Shown: piece after piece, positions 7,994-17,249 of the stretch
How the letters are laid out: every line of letters begins with the position of its first letter
Position numbering within the stretch: position 1 is the stretch's first letter
From: an uncultured Acidobacteriota bacterium
GTDB taxonomy: Bacteria > Acidobacteriota > Terriglobia > Acidiferrales > UBA7541
Reading direction: 5' to 3'
Assembly: GCA_963739275.1 (NCBI GenBank)
Contig: CAVTZX010000044.1
Coordinates: 1,646-65,645, forward strand
Length of the DNA stretch: 64,000 nucleotides
Position numbers and translations under genes: made by a program
Notes under the pieces: generated by a model
Database searches by the model: none
Told to the model about the DNA's origin: nothing
Seen by the model: only the letters and a program-made list of their open reading frames with translations

Positions 7994-8170
7994 GGCGAAG
8001 ACCTCCTCACAATTGGATCGAACACGCCCCGGACAAACGGTATTATATACAGGCGTCCCTCCCAATCGTGAACCGACTGAGAGAAGAAAACAAGCGCTGG
8101 CTTCGGAGCGTGACACCAAACCGCAGGAGGGGCTGCGCGCGCCTCCGCGGTGAAGCACCCGGGCTCGAAC

Positions 8171-8638
8171 ATGCGTGACAAACGCGAGTATCCGGAGCGC
8201 CCCCTGGTGGGAGTGGGCGGTGTAGTGGTCGCAGACGGGAAGGCTCTGCTGATCCGCCGGGGGAGCGAGCCGCTCAAAGGGGAATGGTCAATTCCCGGAG
8301 GCATGCTCGAAGTAGGGGAGACCATCGCTGCCGGGGTAGCTCGGGAGCTGCGCGAAGAGACCGGACTCGTGGTGCGTGTGCTGGAGCTCGTCGAAGTCTT
8401 CGAACGCATCTTCGAAGACAAAGAGCCAGGAGGACCGGCGCGGCCGCGCTACCACTTCGTGATCCTCGATTATTTGTGCGAGAAGGTGGACGGGGAGCCC
8501 AGGCCGGGCGGGGATGTCACCGACGTAGCCTGGGCCGGAGAAGGCGATCTCGAAACCTATCGCCTTAGTCCGTCCGCCACGCGCGTGCTCAAGAAGGCGT
8601 TCGCCATGGCCGGGTCGCGCGACGCCCAGCCAGGCTAG
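8171..8638 (+). CDS. NUDIX hydrolase
   Basis: Nudix box GEWSIPGGMLEVGETIAAGVARELREETGL. ATG 8171 is preferred; an upstream GTG at 8150 is possible. Confidence 0.85.
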   Translation: MRDKREYPERPLVGVGGVVVADGKALLIRRGSEPLKGEWSIPGGMLEVGETIAAGVARELREETGLVVRVLELVEVFERIFEDKEPGGPARPRYHFVILDYLCEKVDGEPRPGGDVTDVAWAGEGDLETYRLSPSATRVLKKAFAMAGSRDAQPG

Positions 8639-8644
8639 ACCACC

Positions 8645-10420
8645 CTACCGCGCTTTCGGCCCCTTCAGGATGTCAATTCGGGCGTTGCTGTTCGTGAGCC
8701 GCAGTTCACAGCCGCCGCTGCCCATCTTGCCGATGAGCGAATCGCCGCCGATCTCGCCCGATACATTGATGGGCAGCTCACTGTTGACGTGACCGAAGGA
8801 AGTGCGCGCGGTGACATCGTAATTCGCGCCGTCCGGCAGATAGAGCCGGATTGGGGAAAACGAAGTGCGCGCGACGATCGGGTTGCACGCCCCCGTGCCC
8901 ACGGCCTTGGGCGCCACTCCGGAAATCTCCACCGCACCATTCTGGTTGTCCACGTCCACCGCGCCGGCGATGTCATTCAGAGTGACGGAAGAAAACGAGG
9001 TGCGCACGGTAGCGGAGCCTTTGACGGTGGCGGCCTCGATGCCGCCATTGGAATTTTCGGCGGTAAGCGGGCCGCCGATGCGCGTTGCCCGGATGTGACC
9101 GAAGCTCGTCTTCACATAAGCGTCGCCGCCGATGTCGGCAAGCGTAACCCCGGCGTTGCCGGAGACGACACGCACCCCGCGCTTGATGTCGCTCAAATCG
9201 ACCGAGCCGAACGAATCCCGGATCTCCGCGGAGCCGCTGACTTTGCTCAGCAGGACGCGGGCGTTGGAATCTGTGAGCGTGGCGTTGCCGTCGATACCGG
9301 AGGCGTCGATCTCACCAAAACTCGTTTTGACTTGCGCCGGCCCATGGATATCACGGACAAAGACGCGCCCATTGGAATCGTCCACCTCCGCCGAGCCGCC
9401 GACATCGCGCAGTTCCACGGCTCCGAAGGTGGTCCGGATGGAAGCCGAATCGCCCACCTTGCTGGCGGTAATCTTGGCATTCGAGCCGGTACACGTCAGA
9501 CGCTTGCGCACATCGGTGACGTTGATCGAGGCAAAGGAGGTCGTCAGGTCGGCCACGCCCAGAACGGTGCGGACATCGACGCCGCCATTGCCGTTGCGGA
9601 CGGTGAGGTCGCCACGGATGTCGCTGGCGGTCACGGAGCCGAAGGAATTCGTAACCGTGGAGAGTGCACCGGCTCCGCTCAGGGTGACGCTGCCGTTGCT
9701 GTTGACGATGCTGGCGCGCCCGCTGACTTGGCTGACGGAAACCTCGCCGAAGCGGTTGCGCAGATCAAGCGCGCCTTCGATCTGTGAGACGTGCACAAAG
9801 CTGTTGCTATTCGTTGCGCTCACGTCTCCAGCGTTGGAGGTGACCTCAATGCCGCCGAACGAGTTCTCGAGGCGCTGGGTCCCCTTTCCATCACGAAAGG
9901 TCAACGTGCCGTGGCTGTTGCGGATGTCGGAGTCCGCCTTCAGGCCCTGAACACTTACACTGCCAAAACTGTTTTTGATACGCAGCGGAGCGCTGTCCGG
10001 CATTTGGATGTCGTAGTCCACGGCGTAGGAAACATGCCCGCCCCTCCCGGAAAAGTTGAAATATCGATCCGGATATTCCGTTGTGACAAAAACGCCGGTG
10101 GAGGTTTGCTCGACCTTGATGTTGATCTTGCTCCCGAAATCGTTCGCGTCGTAGGGCGCCGACAGCGAGACGTGGATATTGGCTTGGATCGTGACTTCGC
10201 GCTGAACGCGGGTGTGAACGGTGATATCGCCCATGCGGTGATCGATCTGCAGTGACTGGCCGGCAGCCATGGTCAACGTCTTCTCGAATTTGCGCGTGTA
10301 CTCCTGCTGCGGGCCGTTGCCCGCCAGGGCAGCACTGGCGAGTGCGAACACCATGGACAGTGCTGCGGCGGCGATAGTGAGGGAACGAGCTGCGGACTGG
10401 GTTGACGAGCGTGCGTGCAT
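8645..10420 (-). CDS. DUF4097 beta-strand-repeat (putative adhesin) protein
   Basis: 591 aa. Signal peptide, then many degenerate repeats of the form NSFG(S/G/E)(V/I)xV / TSFGxI. Confidence 0.8.
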   Translation of the reverse strand: MHARSSTQSAARSLTIAAAALSMVFALASAALAGNGPQQEYTRKFEKTLTMAAGQSLQIDHRMGDITVHTRVQREVTIQANIHVSLSAPYDANDFGSKINIKVEQTSTGVFVTTEYPDRYFNFSGRGGHVSYAVDYDIQMPDSAPLRIKNSFGSVSVQGLKADSDIRNSHGTLTFRDGKGTQRLENSFGGIEVTSNAGDVSATNSNSFVHVSQIEGALDLRNRFGEVSVSQVSGRASIVNSNGSVTLSGAGALSTVTNSFGSVTASDIRGDLTVRNGNGGVDVRTVLGVADLTTSFASINVTDVRKRLTCTGSNAKITASKVGDSASIRTTFGAVELRDVGGSAEVDDSNGRVFVRDIHGPAQVKTSFGEIDASGIDGNATLTDSNARVLLSKVSGSAEIRDSFGSVDLSDIKRGVRVVSGNAGVTLADIGGDAYVKTSFGHIRATRIGGPLTAENSNGGIEAATVKGSATVRTSFSSVTLNDIAGAVDVDNQNGAVEISGVAPKAVGTGACNPIVARTSFSPIRLYLPDGANYDVTARTSFGHVNSELPINVSGEIGGDSLIGKMGSGGCELRLTNSNARIDILKGPKAR

Positions 10421-10421
10421 A

Positions 10422-11111
10422 TCAGTTCTCCCGGAGCACGGCTTCGAGCGTGCGTTCTTTTTCCTGATAGATGGAAAGCAGCTCCTGCTGCAGATGGGCG
10501 TTCAGAGGATTGTTGTCCTGGGCAGCCTTGCATTCGGTGATCGCCGCGTCCAACACCAGGAGCTTCTCGCGATAGCTGACGAGCAGGGGTGTCGAGGCAT
10601 GATCGAGCTTCGGTCCGGCGAGCACGGCGAGTTTGTCAATCGACGTCGCATAGTTCTGCTCGGCACTCCGGACCTCGCGAAGGGCCTGCTCGGTGAGCAG
10701 ACGCCGCTGTGCAACCGGTGTGACAGCCGGTGCCTGCGCCTGACCGGCTGGGGACTGCGAATGCTGCCGAACAAAAATCCACGTGCCGGCTGCCATGATC
10801 AGCACGATGGCCAGCGCGGCGGCAGCCGTTTGCCAGTGCAGTGCGATGCCCCGCCAGAAACCGGCGAGGCCGCGCACCGGCCGGGCCGCTTCCGCCTGCG
10901 ATTCGAGGACCAACGATTCGCGGATGCGCGGCCAGAGCGCGGGACTCTCCCAGCTTTTCTGCAGGCCCCGCGCGGCGAGCGAGATTTCTTTCCAGATGCG
11001 CAGTTCGCGCGCGCACTCGGCGCAATTTTTCGCGTGGTGTTCCAGGGCTTTCAACTCGTGCGGCTCCGCGTCGCGAAGGATGCGTTCACGGTCTTGACAT
11101 TGGACGTTCAT
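10422..11111 (-). CDS. anti-sigma factor (zf-HC2 type), single-pass membrane protein
   Basis: MNVQCQ...HHAKNCAECA carries the H-x3-C-x2-C motif. One TM segment (AAALAIVLIMAAGTWIF). ATGA overlap with the sigma-factor stop. Confidence 0.75.
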   Translation of the reverse strand: MNVQCQDRERILRDAEPHELKALEHHAKNCAECARELRIWKEISLAARGLQKSWESPALWPRIRESLVLESQAEAARPVRGLAGFWRGIALHWQTAAAALAIVLIMAAGTWIFVRQHSQSPAGQAQAPAVTPVAQRRLLTEQALREVRSAEQNYATSIDKLAVLAGPKLDHASTPLLVSYREKLLVLDAAITECKAAQDNNPLNAHLQQELLSIYQEKERTLEAVLREN

Positions 11112-11731
11112 GGCGTTGCGTACCTCGAAAGCTTTCCGGTCTCGAGCAGCATTTTTCGGAGCTGCTGTTTGGCCTGGTACAGGCGGTTTTTCGATGCGGT
11201 CTCGGTGATGCTGAGCATGCCGGCGATCTCCGAGTGCTTGAAGCCTTCGACTGCAAAGAGCACGAAGACTTCGCGGTGCTCCGGATGGAGCTGCGCGACG
11301 AAGCGTTCCAGTGCCAGGCGTAAAGGGTGATCCGCGTGGGGCGCCGGCGGCTCCGGTGCGCCGTCCTCTTCCAGCTCCTGCTCGCTCGTCTCCTGCCGGC
11401 GCACGCGCTTGCGGCGGATGTCGTAGCAAGAGTTCACGAGGATGCGGTAAACCCAGGTGGAGAAGGCCGACTCGCCCTTGAAGTTGCGGATGCCGCGGTG
11501 AATCTTCAGAAAAACTTCCTGGACGGCGTCTTCCGCGTCGGTCGTGTTGCCCAACAGGTTCACAGCAATGCTTTTCATCCGCGGGGCGTGGGACTGGTAG
11601 AGCTGCTCATAGGCTGCGAGGCTGCCGCTGCGGCAGGCTTCCGCCAAGGCGGAGTCGGCCGCACGCGCAGCGTCACGCACGTCGGCTTGCGCGGGGGCGA
11701 CCGGATCCACGGGGTCGTCGAATCGCGGCAA
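11108..11731 (-). CDS. ECF-type RNA polymerase sigma-70 family factor
   Basis: Region 2 (DAEDAVQEVFLKIHRGIRNFKGESAFSTWVYRILVN) and region 4 (EVFVLFAVEGFKHSEIAGMLSITETASKNRLYQAKQQL). The start is uncertain: candidates are TTG 11731, GTG 11710 and GTG 11680. Confidence 0.8.
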   Translation of the reverse strand: MPRFDDPVDPVAPAQADVRDAARAADSALAEACRSGSLAAYEQLYQSHAPRMKSIAVNLLGNTTDAEDAVQEVFLKIHRGIRNFKGESAFSTWVYRILVNSCYDIRRKRVRRQETSEQELEEDGAPEPPAPHADHPLRLALERFVAQLHPEHREVFVLFAVEGFKHSEIAGMLSITETASKNRLYQAKQQLRKMLLETGKLSRYATP

Positions 11732-11954
11732 ACAGCTCTCCTGGGCGGGCCGCCGCCAAGCTATCGCAAGTGCCTCTGCCAATGCCAGCCCTCCCAATCT
11801 CCCTTTTTCTCTCTCCACTTTGATAGACGACAGGAAGAGGCAAAACGTCTGCGGGGAGTGACTCACGAATGCGCAGCAGGGAAAGCCGCGGGGGAAGGCG
11901 TCGCAGCGTACGTGGCGGAGCCGTGCAACACACAATCCGCCGGGGCGGACGAGA

Positions 11955-13115
11955 TTAACGCGAAACGTGGAGCGCGGGAGGCCGTGCACGCAGAGGCCCG
12001 ATGTCCGGAAACGACCTGCGGCCGAAAAAGATGTGGCGCGCGAGGCCTCGGAACGGTGAAATGCTCAGCAGCGCAAGCCCTGCTTCGAGGGCGAACCTGT
12101 TCTGTGTGGCTGCGAAAAGGCGGCGCATCCAGAGGCGGGAGAAGAATCGCGTGCGGAAGCGCGAGCCGGCATAGGCTTCGAGTGCACAGGAATCGCCGGA
12201 GGCGAGATACGCGGTAATGACGCGCGCGGCTTGGCTTGAAAGCCGCAGGCAGGCGTCGAGCCCGCCGGCGGTCAGGGGCGATGGCGCGCCTGCGGCGTCG
12301 CCGATGAGAAGGCCGTGCGGATTCGCAATGCGCCGCAGCACGCCTCCGACCGGGATCAAACCGCCCCGGCACCCCATGAACGTCGCGTTTTCCAGCTTTA
12401 GCCATGGGCCGAGGCTCTTCCGGAAATGATCCAGCGCGTGTACCGGCTGGAACCGTTGCAGGTATCCACCCGTGCCGATATGCGTTTCTTCGCCGTCATG
12501 TGCCACCCAGGCAAGGTAACCGGGCGCAAAGTGCGGATCGAAGAAGCAGTGGAGTGCAGGCGGGCCGTCGAGCTGGACGCCACGCCAGACCTCCTCATAT
12601 CCGGCGATGAATGCGCGATTGACGCCGAGTCCGAGATGACGCGCGACGCGCGAACGTGCGCCATCCGCACCGATTAGAAATCTCGTGGCGACCGAAAAGG
12701 CGCACCCACTTTCCTCGAGCTTGACCACGGAACGATGCGGGCCGGTGCGGAGTCCCGCAAACCGCGCGCCTTCGAGGAAGCAAACGCCGGCGCGGCGGCA
12801 GCGGTCGAGATAGTGCTGATAGAGCGGCGCCATGCGGCCGATACGAAACTCTTCGCGCGGGTTGGTCAGGCGCAGGACGCGGCGCGCGGGAGAATACAGC
12901 GCCACGTCCACAATGGGAGGCCCCAGATGGGTCTGGGGAAGATCGAAATCCTCAAGAGTCTTGCGCACGAAAATGCCAGTGGTGGAGATGGATTGCGCGA
13001 GAGAGGACTTGCGCTCGACGAGCAGCGTGCGCAGCCCGGCTTCGCCCAGAAGGCGGGCGCACTCCAGGCCCGCAAGCCCGGCTCCGATCACGGTTACGTC
13101 GTAAACGTCGCTCAC
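11955..13115 (-). CDS. FAD-dependent oxidoreductase (geranylgeranyl-reductase-like family)
   Basis: The dinucleotide fold YDVTVIGAGLAGLECARLL..ERK lies immediately after GTG 13115. The longer ORF to 13340 overlaps the upstream gene. Confidence 0.75.
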   Translation of the reverse strand: MSDVYDVTVIGAGLAGLECARLLGEAGLRTLLVERKSSLAQSISTTGIFVRKTLEDFDLPQTHLGPPIVDVALYSPARRVLRLTNPREEFRIGRMAPLYQHYLDRCRRAGVCFLEGARFAGLRTGPHRSVVKLEESGCAFSVATRFLIGADGARSRVARHLGLGVNRAFIAGYEEVWRGVQLDGPPALHCFFDPHFAPGYLAWVAHDGEETHIGTGGYLQRFQPVHALDHFRKSLGPWLKLENATFMGCRGGLIPVGGVLRRIANPHGLLIGDAAGAPSPLTAGGLDACLRLSSQAARVITAYLASGDSCALEAYAGSRFRTRFFSRLWMRRLFAATQNRFALEAGLALLSISPFRGLARHIFFGRRSFPDIGPLRARPPALHVSR

Positions 13116-13132
13116 GGCTGCCCCCGGCCCGG

Positions 13133-13834
13133 TTACAACGAAGCGGGCGACGACATCGGCTCCAAACGGAAGAGGACCCGCTTGTGGAAGGGACTGTTCT
13201 CGTGACCGATCAGCAAGCGCGAGACACGGTCCGCATCGGTGATGAACAGGCGCAGATTGGTGGCTCCCGCGGGGAGATCGAAGACGAGATCCGTGGTGTA
13301 GGACTCGCCAGGGCGCAATGGCTGCGTGAGCGGGGTCCAATTCGGCTGCACGTAGCGCAGCGCTCCCAAGGCGGCGCCAGACGGCGCGTACTCGCGGCCC
13401 TGGTCATCGACGACCACCACTTTGCGCGGGTTGGGCTGCAGCGGTCCGTTGCCCCGGTGGGCGGAGATCGTGTTCTCGTCGAACCACGTCTTCAGCTTGA
13501 CGATGTAAAACGAGCCGGAAGCCTTGGCTTGCTGAGGCGCAGCGCCCAATTCCTTTGCGGTCGCCACGCCTTCGATCGAATAGGCGATGTGGCAATCAAT
13601 CTCGCAGAAGTACTTCTTCCCATTCGAAGTGAGGACACTCTCTTCGCTGGTGACCGATGCGCCGAACAGCAGGGCAAGATAAACGCCGGCGATCGCGCAA
13701 GCGCCAAGCGCGGCGTACTTCGAGACATTCCACTTACGCCAGACGAGGCTCGCCAGAATCACGACCGCCACCACAAACAATAGGAAACACGTTCCCAGGA
13801 ACGTCAGCACGACAAAGGGCGCGAACTGCGGCAT
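13133..13834 (-). CDS. hypothetical membrane-anchored protein
   Basis: 233-aa ORF with two N-terminal TM segments and a beta-rich extracytoplasmic domain. No motif recognised with confidence. Confidence 0.5.
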   Translation of the reverse strand: MPQFAPFVVLTFLGTCFLLFVVAVVILASLVWRKWNVSKYAALGACAIAGVYLALLFGASVTSEESVLTSNGKKYFCEIDCHIAYSIEGVATAKELGAAPQQAKASGSFYIVKLKTWFDENTISAHRGNGPLQPNPRKVVVVDDQGREYAPSGAALGALRYVQPNWTPLTQPLRPGESYTTDLVFDLPAGATNLRLFITDADRVSRLLIGHENSPFHKRVLFRLEPMSSPASL

Positions 13835-13903
13835 GAATTGGGGATTTATGGAACTTCTCCTCTCCGACGAATCAGAAACGGTCTTGCACGGTGCGTCTTG
13901 CGC

Positions 13904-14617
13904 TCAGCTCGCCGCGCGGCCGGGGATGCAGCCAAAGCGGCGTTCGCGCGCGCGGAATTCCGCGAGCGCGGCGGACAAATCTTCCCGGTTAAATTCGGGC
14001 CACATCTTCGGAGTGAAATACAGCTCCGCATAGGCGCTTTCCCAAAGCAGGAAGTCGCTCAGACGCTGCTCGCCGCCGGTGCGGATGAGCAGGTCCACGT
14101 CCTGCGCGCCGTCGTGGTTCACTTCGGCGAGCATGGCGGCAAACGACTTCGGAGAGAGCTCCGTAGCCTTATAAAAGCGGCTGGCGGCGCGGAAGATGGC
14201 ATCGCGCGCGGAATAATCCACGGCAAAGCGGAGGTGCAGCGCGCGCCCCGCGGCCGTGGCAGCTTCGGCGCTGTCGATGACCTCGCGAAGCGTGCGGGAG
14301 AGGCGGTCGCGGCGGCCGATGATGCTCAAGCGGATGCCGTGGTCTACGCACGCGTTGGTTTCGGTCATGAGGTACTCGTGCAGCAGGCGCATCAGCGTGG
14401 AGATTTCCGCCTGCGGGCGCTGCCAGTTGTCCGAGGAAAAAGCGTATAGGGTGAGCGTGCCGACACCGAGGCGTGCAGCCGCCTCCACAACGTGGCGGAC
14501 GTTTTCCGCGCCGGCACGGTGACCCGCGGCGCGGGGCAAGCCGCGCGCCTGGGCCCAACGGCCGTTGCCGTCCATGATGATGGCGATGTGGATGGGCTGG
14601 GGTTCTGTGGGTTCCAT
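13904..14617 (-). CDS. uppS: isoprenyl transferase (undecaprenyl-diphosphate synthase)
   Basis: [26 protein letters not shown] and [26 protein letters not shown] are cis-prenyltransferase signatures. Start placed at MEPTEP (ATG 14617). Confidence 0.9.
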   Translation of the reverse strand: MEPTEPQPIHIAIIMDGNGRWAQARGLPRAAGHRAGAENVRHVVEAAARLGVGTLTLYAFSSDNWQRPQAEISTLMRLLHEYLMTETNACVDHGIRLSIIGRRDRLSRTLREVIDSAEAATAAGRALHLRFAVDYSARDAIFRAASRFYKATELSPKSFAAMLAEVNHDGAQDVDLLIRTGGEQRLSDFLLWESAYAELYFTPKMWPEFNREDLSAALAEFRARERRFGCIPGRAAS

Positions 14618-14693
14618 GAGTCTGAGGCCTTCTTTCTCCGCGGAGCAAACAGCTTTGTACAGCAAAGTCCAAGGACAAATTTTTTTGAACCGC

Positions 14694-15092
14694 TCAGCGC
14701 TCCCGGGTCGCGCGGATCAGCGCTTCCATGTGGTTCAGGTAACGCTCCAGCGCGCGGCGGCCCGCCGCCGTGAGCCGGTATTCGGTCTTCGGCAGCCGGC
14801 CGTCAAACGATTTGGTGCAGGAGATGTAGGCGGCCTCTTCGAGCTTGCGCGCGTGCACACTGAGGTTGCCGTCAGTCGTCTTCAGCAATGCCTTGAGTTC
14901 GCCAAACGTGAGCGAGTCGTTGACCGCCAGCGCGCTAACGATCCCCAGGCGCATGCGTTCATGGATCAGGCGGTCCAGCGAAGAAGGAACAGACTCCTCC
15001 GCGAGGCCGCGCACAGAGCGGAGCCCCGCACTGCGTTCCTTGGGCGTTTTACTTGGATCCCTTTCCTGTGCCAATGCTGCCGTCTTTCCCAT
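14694..15092 (-). CDS. winged-helix transcriptional regulator
   Basis: [52 protein letters not shown]... is a wHTH pattern. Confidence 0.7.
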   Translation of the reverse strand: MGKTAALAQERDPSKTPKERSAGLRSVRGLAEESVPSSLDRLIHERMRLGIVSALAVNDSLTFGELKALLKTTDGNLSVHARKLEEAAYISCTKSFDGRLPKTEYRLTAAGRRALERYLNHMEALIRATRER

Positions 15093-15102
15093 GATTCCCC
15101 CT

Positions 15103-15711
15103 CTAACCGCCGTACCGCCTCGCGATGATCAAGCCGAAAATGATCTGCGTCGCTCCGAATCCCGCGGCCATGAAGAGATTGGCCCAGGACGCCGGAGCGA
15201 GGATCGCCGCAACGCCCAGCGCCAGGAAGCAGATGCCCATCACCGGCACGACCCGGACGGAAAAAGCGCCGCCGGTGACCACCGCGGTGCCATACGACAT
15301 TAGCCACATCGCCGGAAGAATCGCCACCGCGCCGGCGCGGTAGAGCGCGACGGTGAGAATCGCGCCGACGGCAAGGGGCGGCGCAAAGCTGAGTGCGAAC
15401 TTGCGGCCCGGCCCGGAAAGCAGCGGCATTCTTGCCATGCGCGCCTTCCAAGCCGCGGCGCTGCCGGCGATGACCACGGCCAGGACCGCTTCGACAAGCC
15501 AGGTGACAAGCCAAGCGAACGGGGAAGACTGGCGATGAGCCACACCGGCGGCAACCAGGGCGGTGACGCCCATGGCCACGCCGCCCCAGCCGGGCACGGC
15601 GGTGAAAGCCGCGGCACTCTCCATGGTCTCGCGGATAAAGCGGAGATTATCGGCGGCGTGGGCGTCGATGGCGCGAGGTTCGCGGGAGCGGAGTGGGCCG
15701 GCGGCAGCCAT
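15103..15711 (-). CDS. hypothetical polytopic membrane protein
   Basis: 202-aa ORF with about five hydrophobic segments, 10 nt upstream of the wHTH regulator gene. Confidence 0.55.
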   Translation of the reverse strand: MAAAGPLRSREPRAIDAHAADNLRFIRETMESAAAFTAVPGWGGVAMGVTALVAAGVAHRQSSPFAWLVTWLVEAVLAVVIAGSAAAWKARMARMPLLSGPGRKFALSFAPPLAVGAILTVALYRAGAVAILPAMWLMSYGTAVVTGGAFSVRVVPVMGICFLALGVAAILAPASWANLFMAAGFGATQIIFGLIIARRYGG

Positions 15712-15775
15712 GAAGCAACAGGCTAGGGGCTTTCCTTCCTTTTGTCAAGTACTTTATATCGCAAAGCCATGGTGC

Positions 15776-16522
15776 CTAGCGCACCTGTTTCCGTGGATAG
15801 CGTCCCAGCAGCCAGTGCCACCGGATCAGAAGCAGCTCGGCGAACATGCGCGCGCTGTCGCGTAGGACGTGCACCTTGGTCTGCGGATCGTGAGCCCAGC
15901 GAACGGGCACTTCGACGGTCCGCAACCCATGGCGCTTGGCGAGAAAGAGGACCTCGGGATCGAAGCCGAAGCGCTCGATACGCTGCTGCTCGAAGACGAT
16001 GCGCGTCGGCTCGCGCACAAACGCTTTGAAGCCGCATTGCGTATCGACGAAGGGGAGGCCCGTCACGACGCGCACAAACAGGTTGAAGATGATCCCCGCG
16101 ATCTCCCGCATCCGCGACTGGTGCACTTCAATCAAGTTGCGGTCCACGCCGCGCGAGCCGATGGCCACGTCGGCCTGGACGAGAGCGGCGAAGAGCTTAT
16201 CGGCTTCCTCGATCGGCGCGGAGAGGTCCGCATCGGTAAAAAGAACGACGCGCCCGCGTGCTTCGAGCATGCCGTGACGCACGCTGTAGCCCTTGCCACG
16301 ATTGCGGCCGTTCGAGACGAGGCGGATACCCGGCAGCGCCGCCCGCGCGAGGGTCACGACGCTGGCGGTGCCGTCCGTCGAACCGTCATCCACAACGATC
16401 ACTTCGGCTGAAGTTTTTCGCGCTTCGAGGTAGGCGCGAATCCGGCGGAAGGCCTCGGGCAAGCGGCGCTCTTCGTTGTAGGCCGGAATGACGATGGAGA
16501 GATCGGGATCCGGGGCGCTCAT
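15776..16522 (-). CDS. family 2 glycosyltransferase (dolichyl-/polyprenyl-phosphate glycosyltransferase-like)
   Basis: LSIVIPAYNEE...VIVVDDGSTDGT...FTDADL. ATG 16522 forms an ATGA overlap with the pcm stop; an alternative ATG is at 16543. Confidence 0.85.
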   Translation of the reverse strand: MSAPDPDLSIVIPAYNEERRLPEAFRRIRAYLEARKTSAEVIVVDDGSTDGTASVVTLARAALPGIRLVSNGRNRGKGYSVRHGMLEARGRVVLFTDADLSAPIEEADKLFAALVQADVAIGSRGVDRNLIEVHQSRMREIAGIIFNLFVRVVTGLPFVDTQCGFKAFVREPTRIVFEQQRIERFGFDPEVLFLAKRHGLRTVEVPVRWAHDPQTKVHVLRDSARMFAELLLIRWHWLLGRYPRKQVR

Positions 16523-17223
16523 CCGAGGTCTGTGCCCGGCCAACCGTGGTGCCCGACGAGCGGCACGAAGCGGCAGTAGAGGAGGCTACGCGAAGACGTC
16601 CGGCCGCGGGTCTTCCGCACTTGCAGAAGTTCCTGCTGATCCACCGAACCCAGGGGGATCACCAGCACGCCTCCCTCGGCAAGCTGTTCGACGAGCGGCG
16701 AAGGGATCTGTGGCGCGCCAGCCGTAACCAGGATGGCGTCGAACGGCGGGAGTTCGGGCAGGCCCAACGTGCCGTCGCCGGAGTGGACATGCACATTCGT
16801 GTAACCGAGCCGCCCGAGGCGCGCCCGCGCCGCCGCAGCGAGGGAAGGCCGGCTTTCGATGCTGTAGACCTGGGCGGCGAGCAGCGAGAGCACGGCGGCC
16901 TGGTATCCGGAGCCGGTGCCGACTTCGAGCACGCGCTCGGTGCCGGTGAGCTCAAGCGCTTCTGTCATCGCGGCGACCATGAAGGGCTGTGAGATGGTCT
17001 GCCCTTCGCCGATGGGGAGCGGCTCATCCGCGTAGGCATAGTTGCGGAATTCCGGGGGCACAAACTCGTGCCGCGGCACGGCTTCCAAGGCGTCGAGCAC
17101 CCGAGGCGAGATGATTTCCCGGTCGCGGATTTGCTCTTCGACCATTCGCCGCCGCTCCACGGCGAATTCGTCGGGTTCGACGACACCGGCGCGGGACGCC
17201 GGGCTGGGATCAGGCTTGCTCAT
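16519..17223 (-). CDS. pcm: protein-L-isoaspartate O-methyltransferase
   Basis: VPRHEFVP, QTISQPFMVA and VLEVGTGSGYQAAVL motifs. ATG 17223 is used; a TTG at 17238 is possible. Confidence 0.9.
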   Translation of the reverse strand: MSKPDPSPASRAGVVEPDEFAVERRRMVEEQIRDREIISPRVLDALEAVPRHEFVPPEFRNYAYADEPLPIGEGQTISQPFMVAAMTEALELTGTERVLEVGTGSGYQAAVLSLLAAQVYSIESRPSLAAAARARLGRLGYTNVHVHSGDGTLGLPELPPFDAILVTAGAPQIPSPLVEQLAEGGVLVIPLGSVDQQELLQVRKTRGRTSSRSLLYCRFVPLVGHHGWPGTDLG

Positions 17224-17249
17224 GGGACTCTCATCCAACTGGCCGTGCT

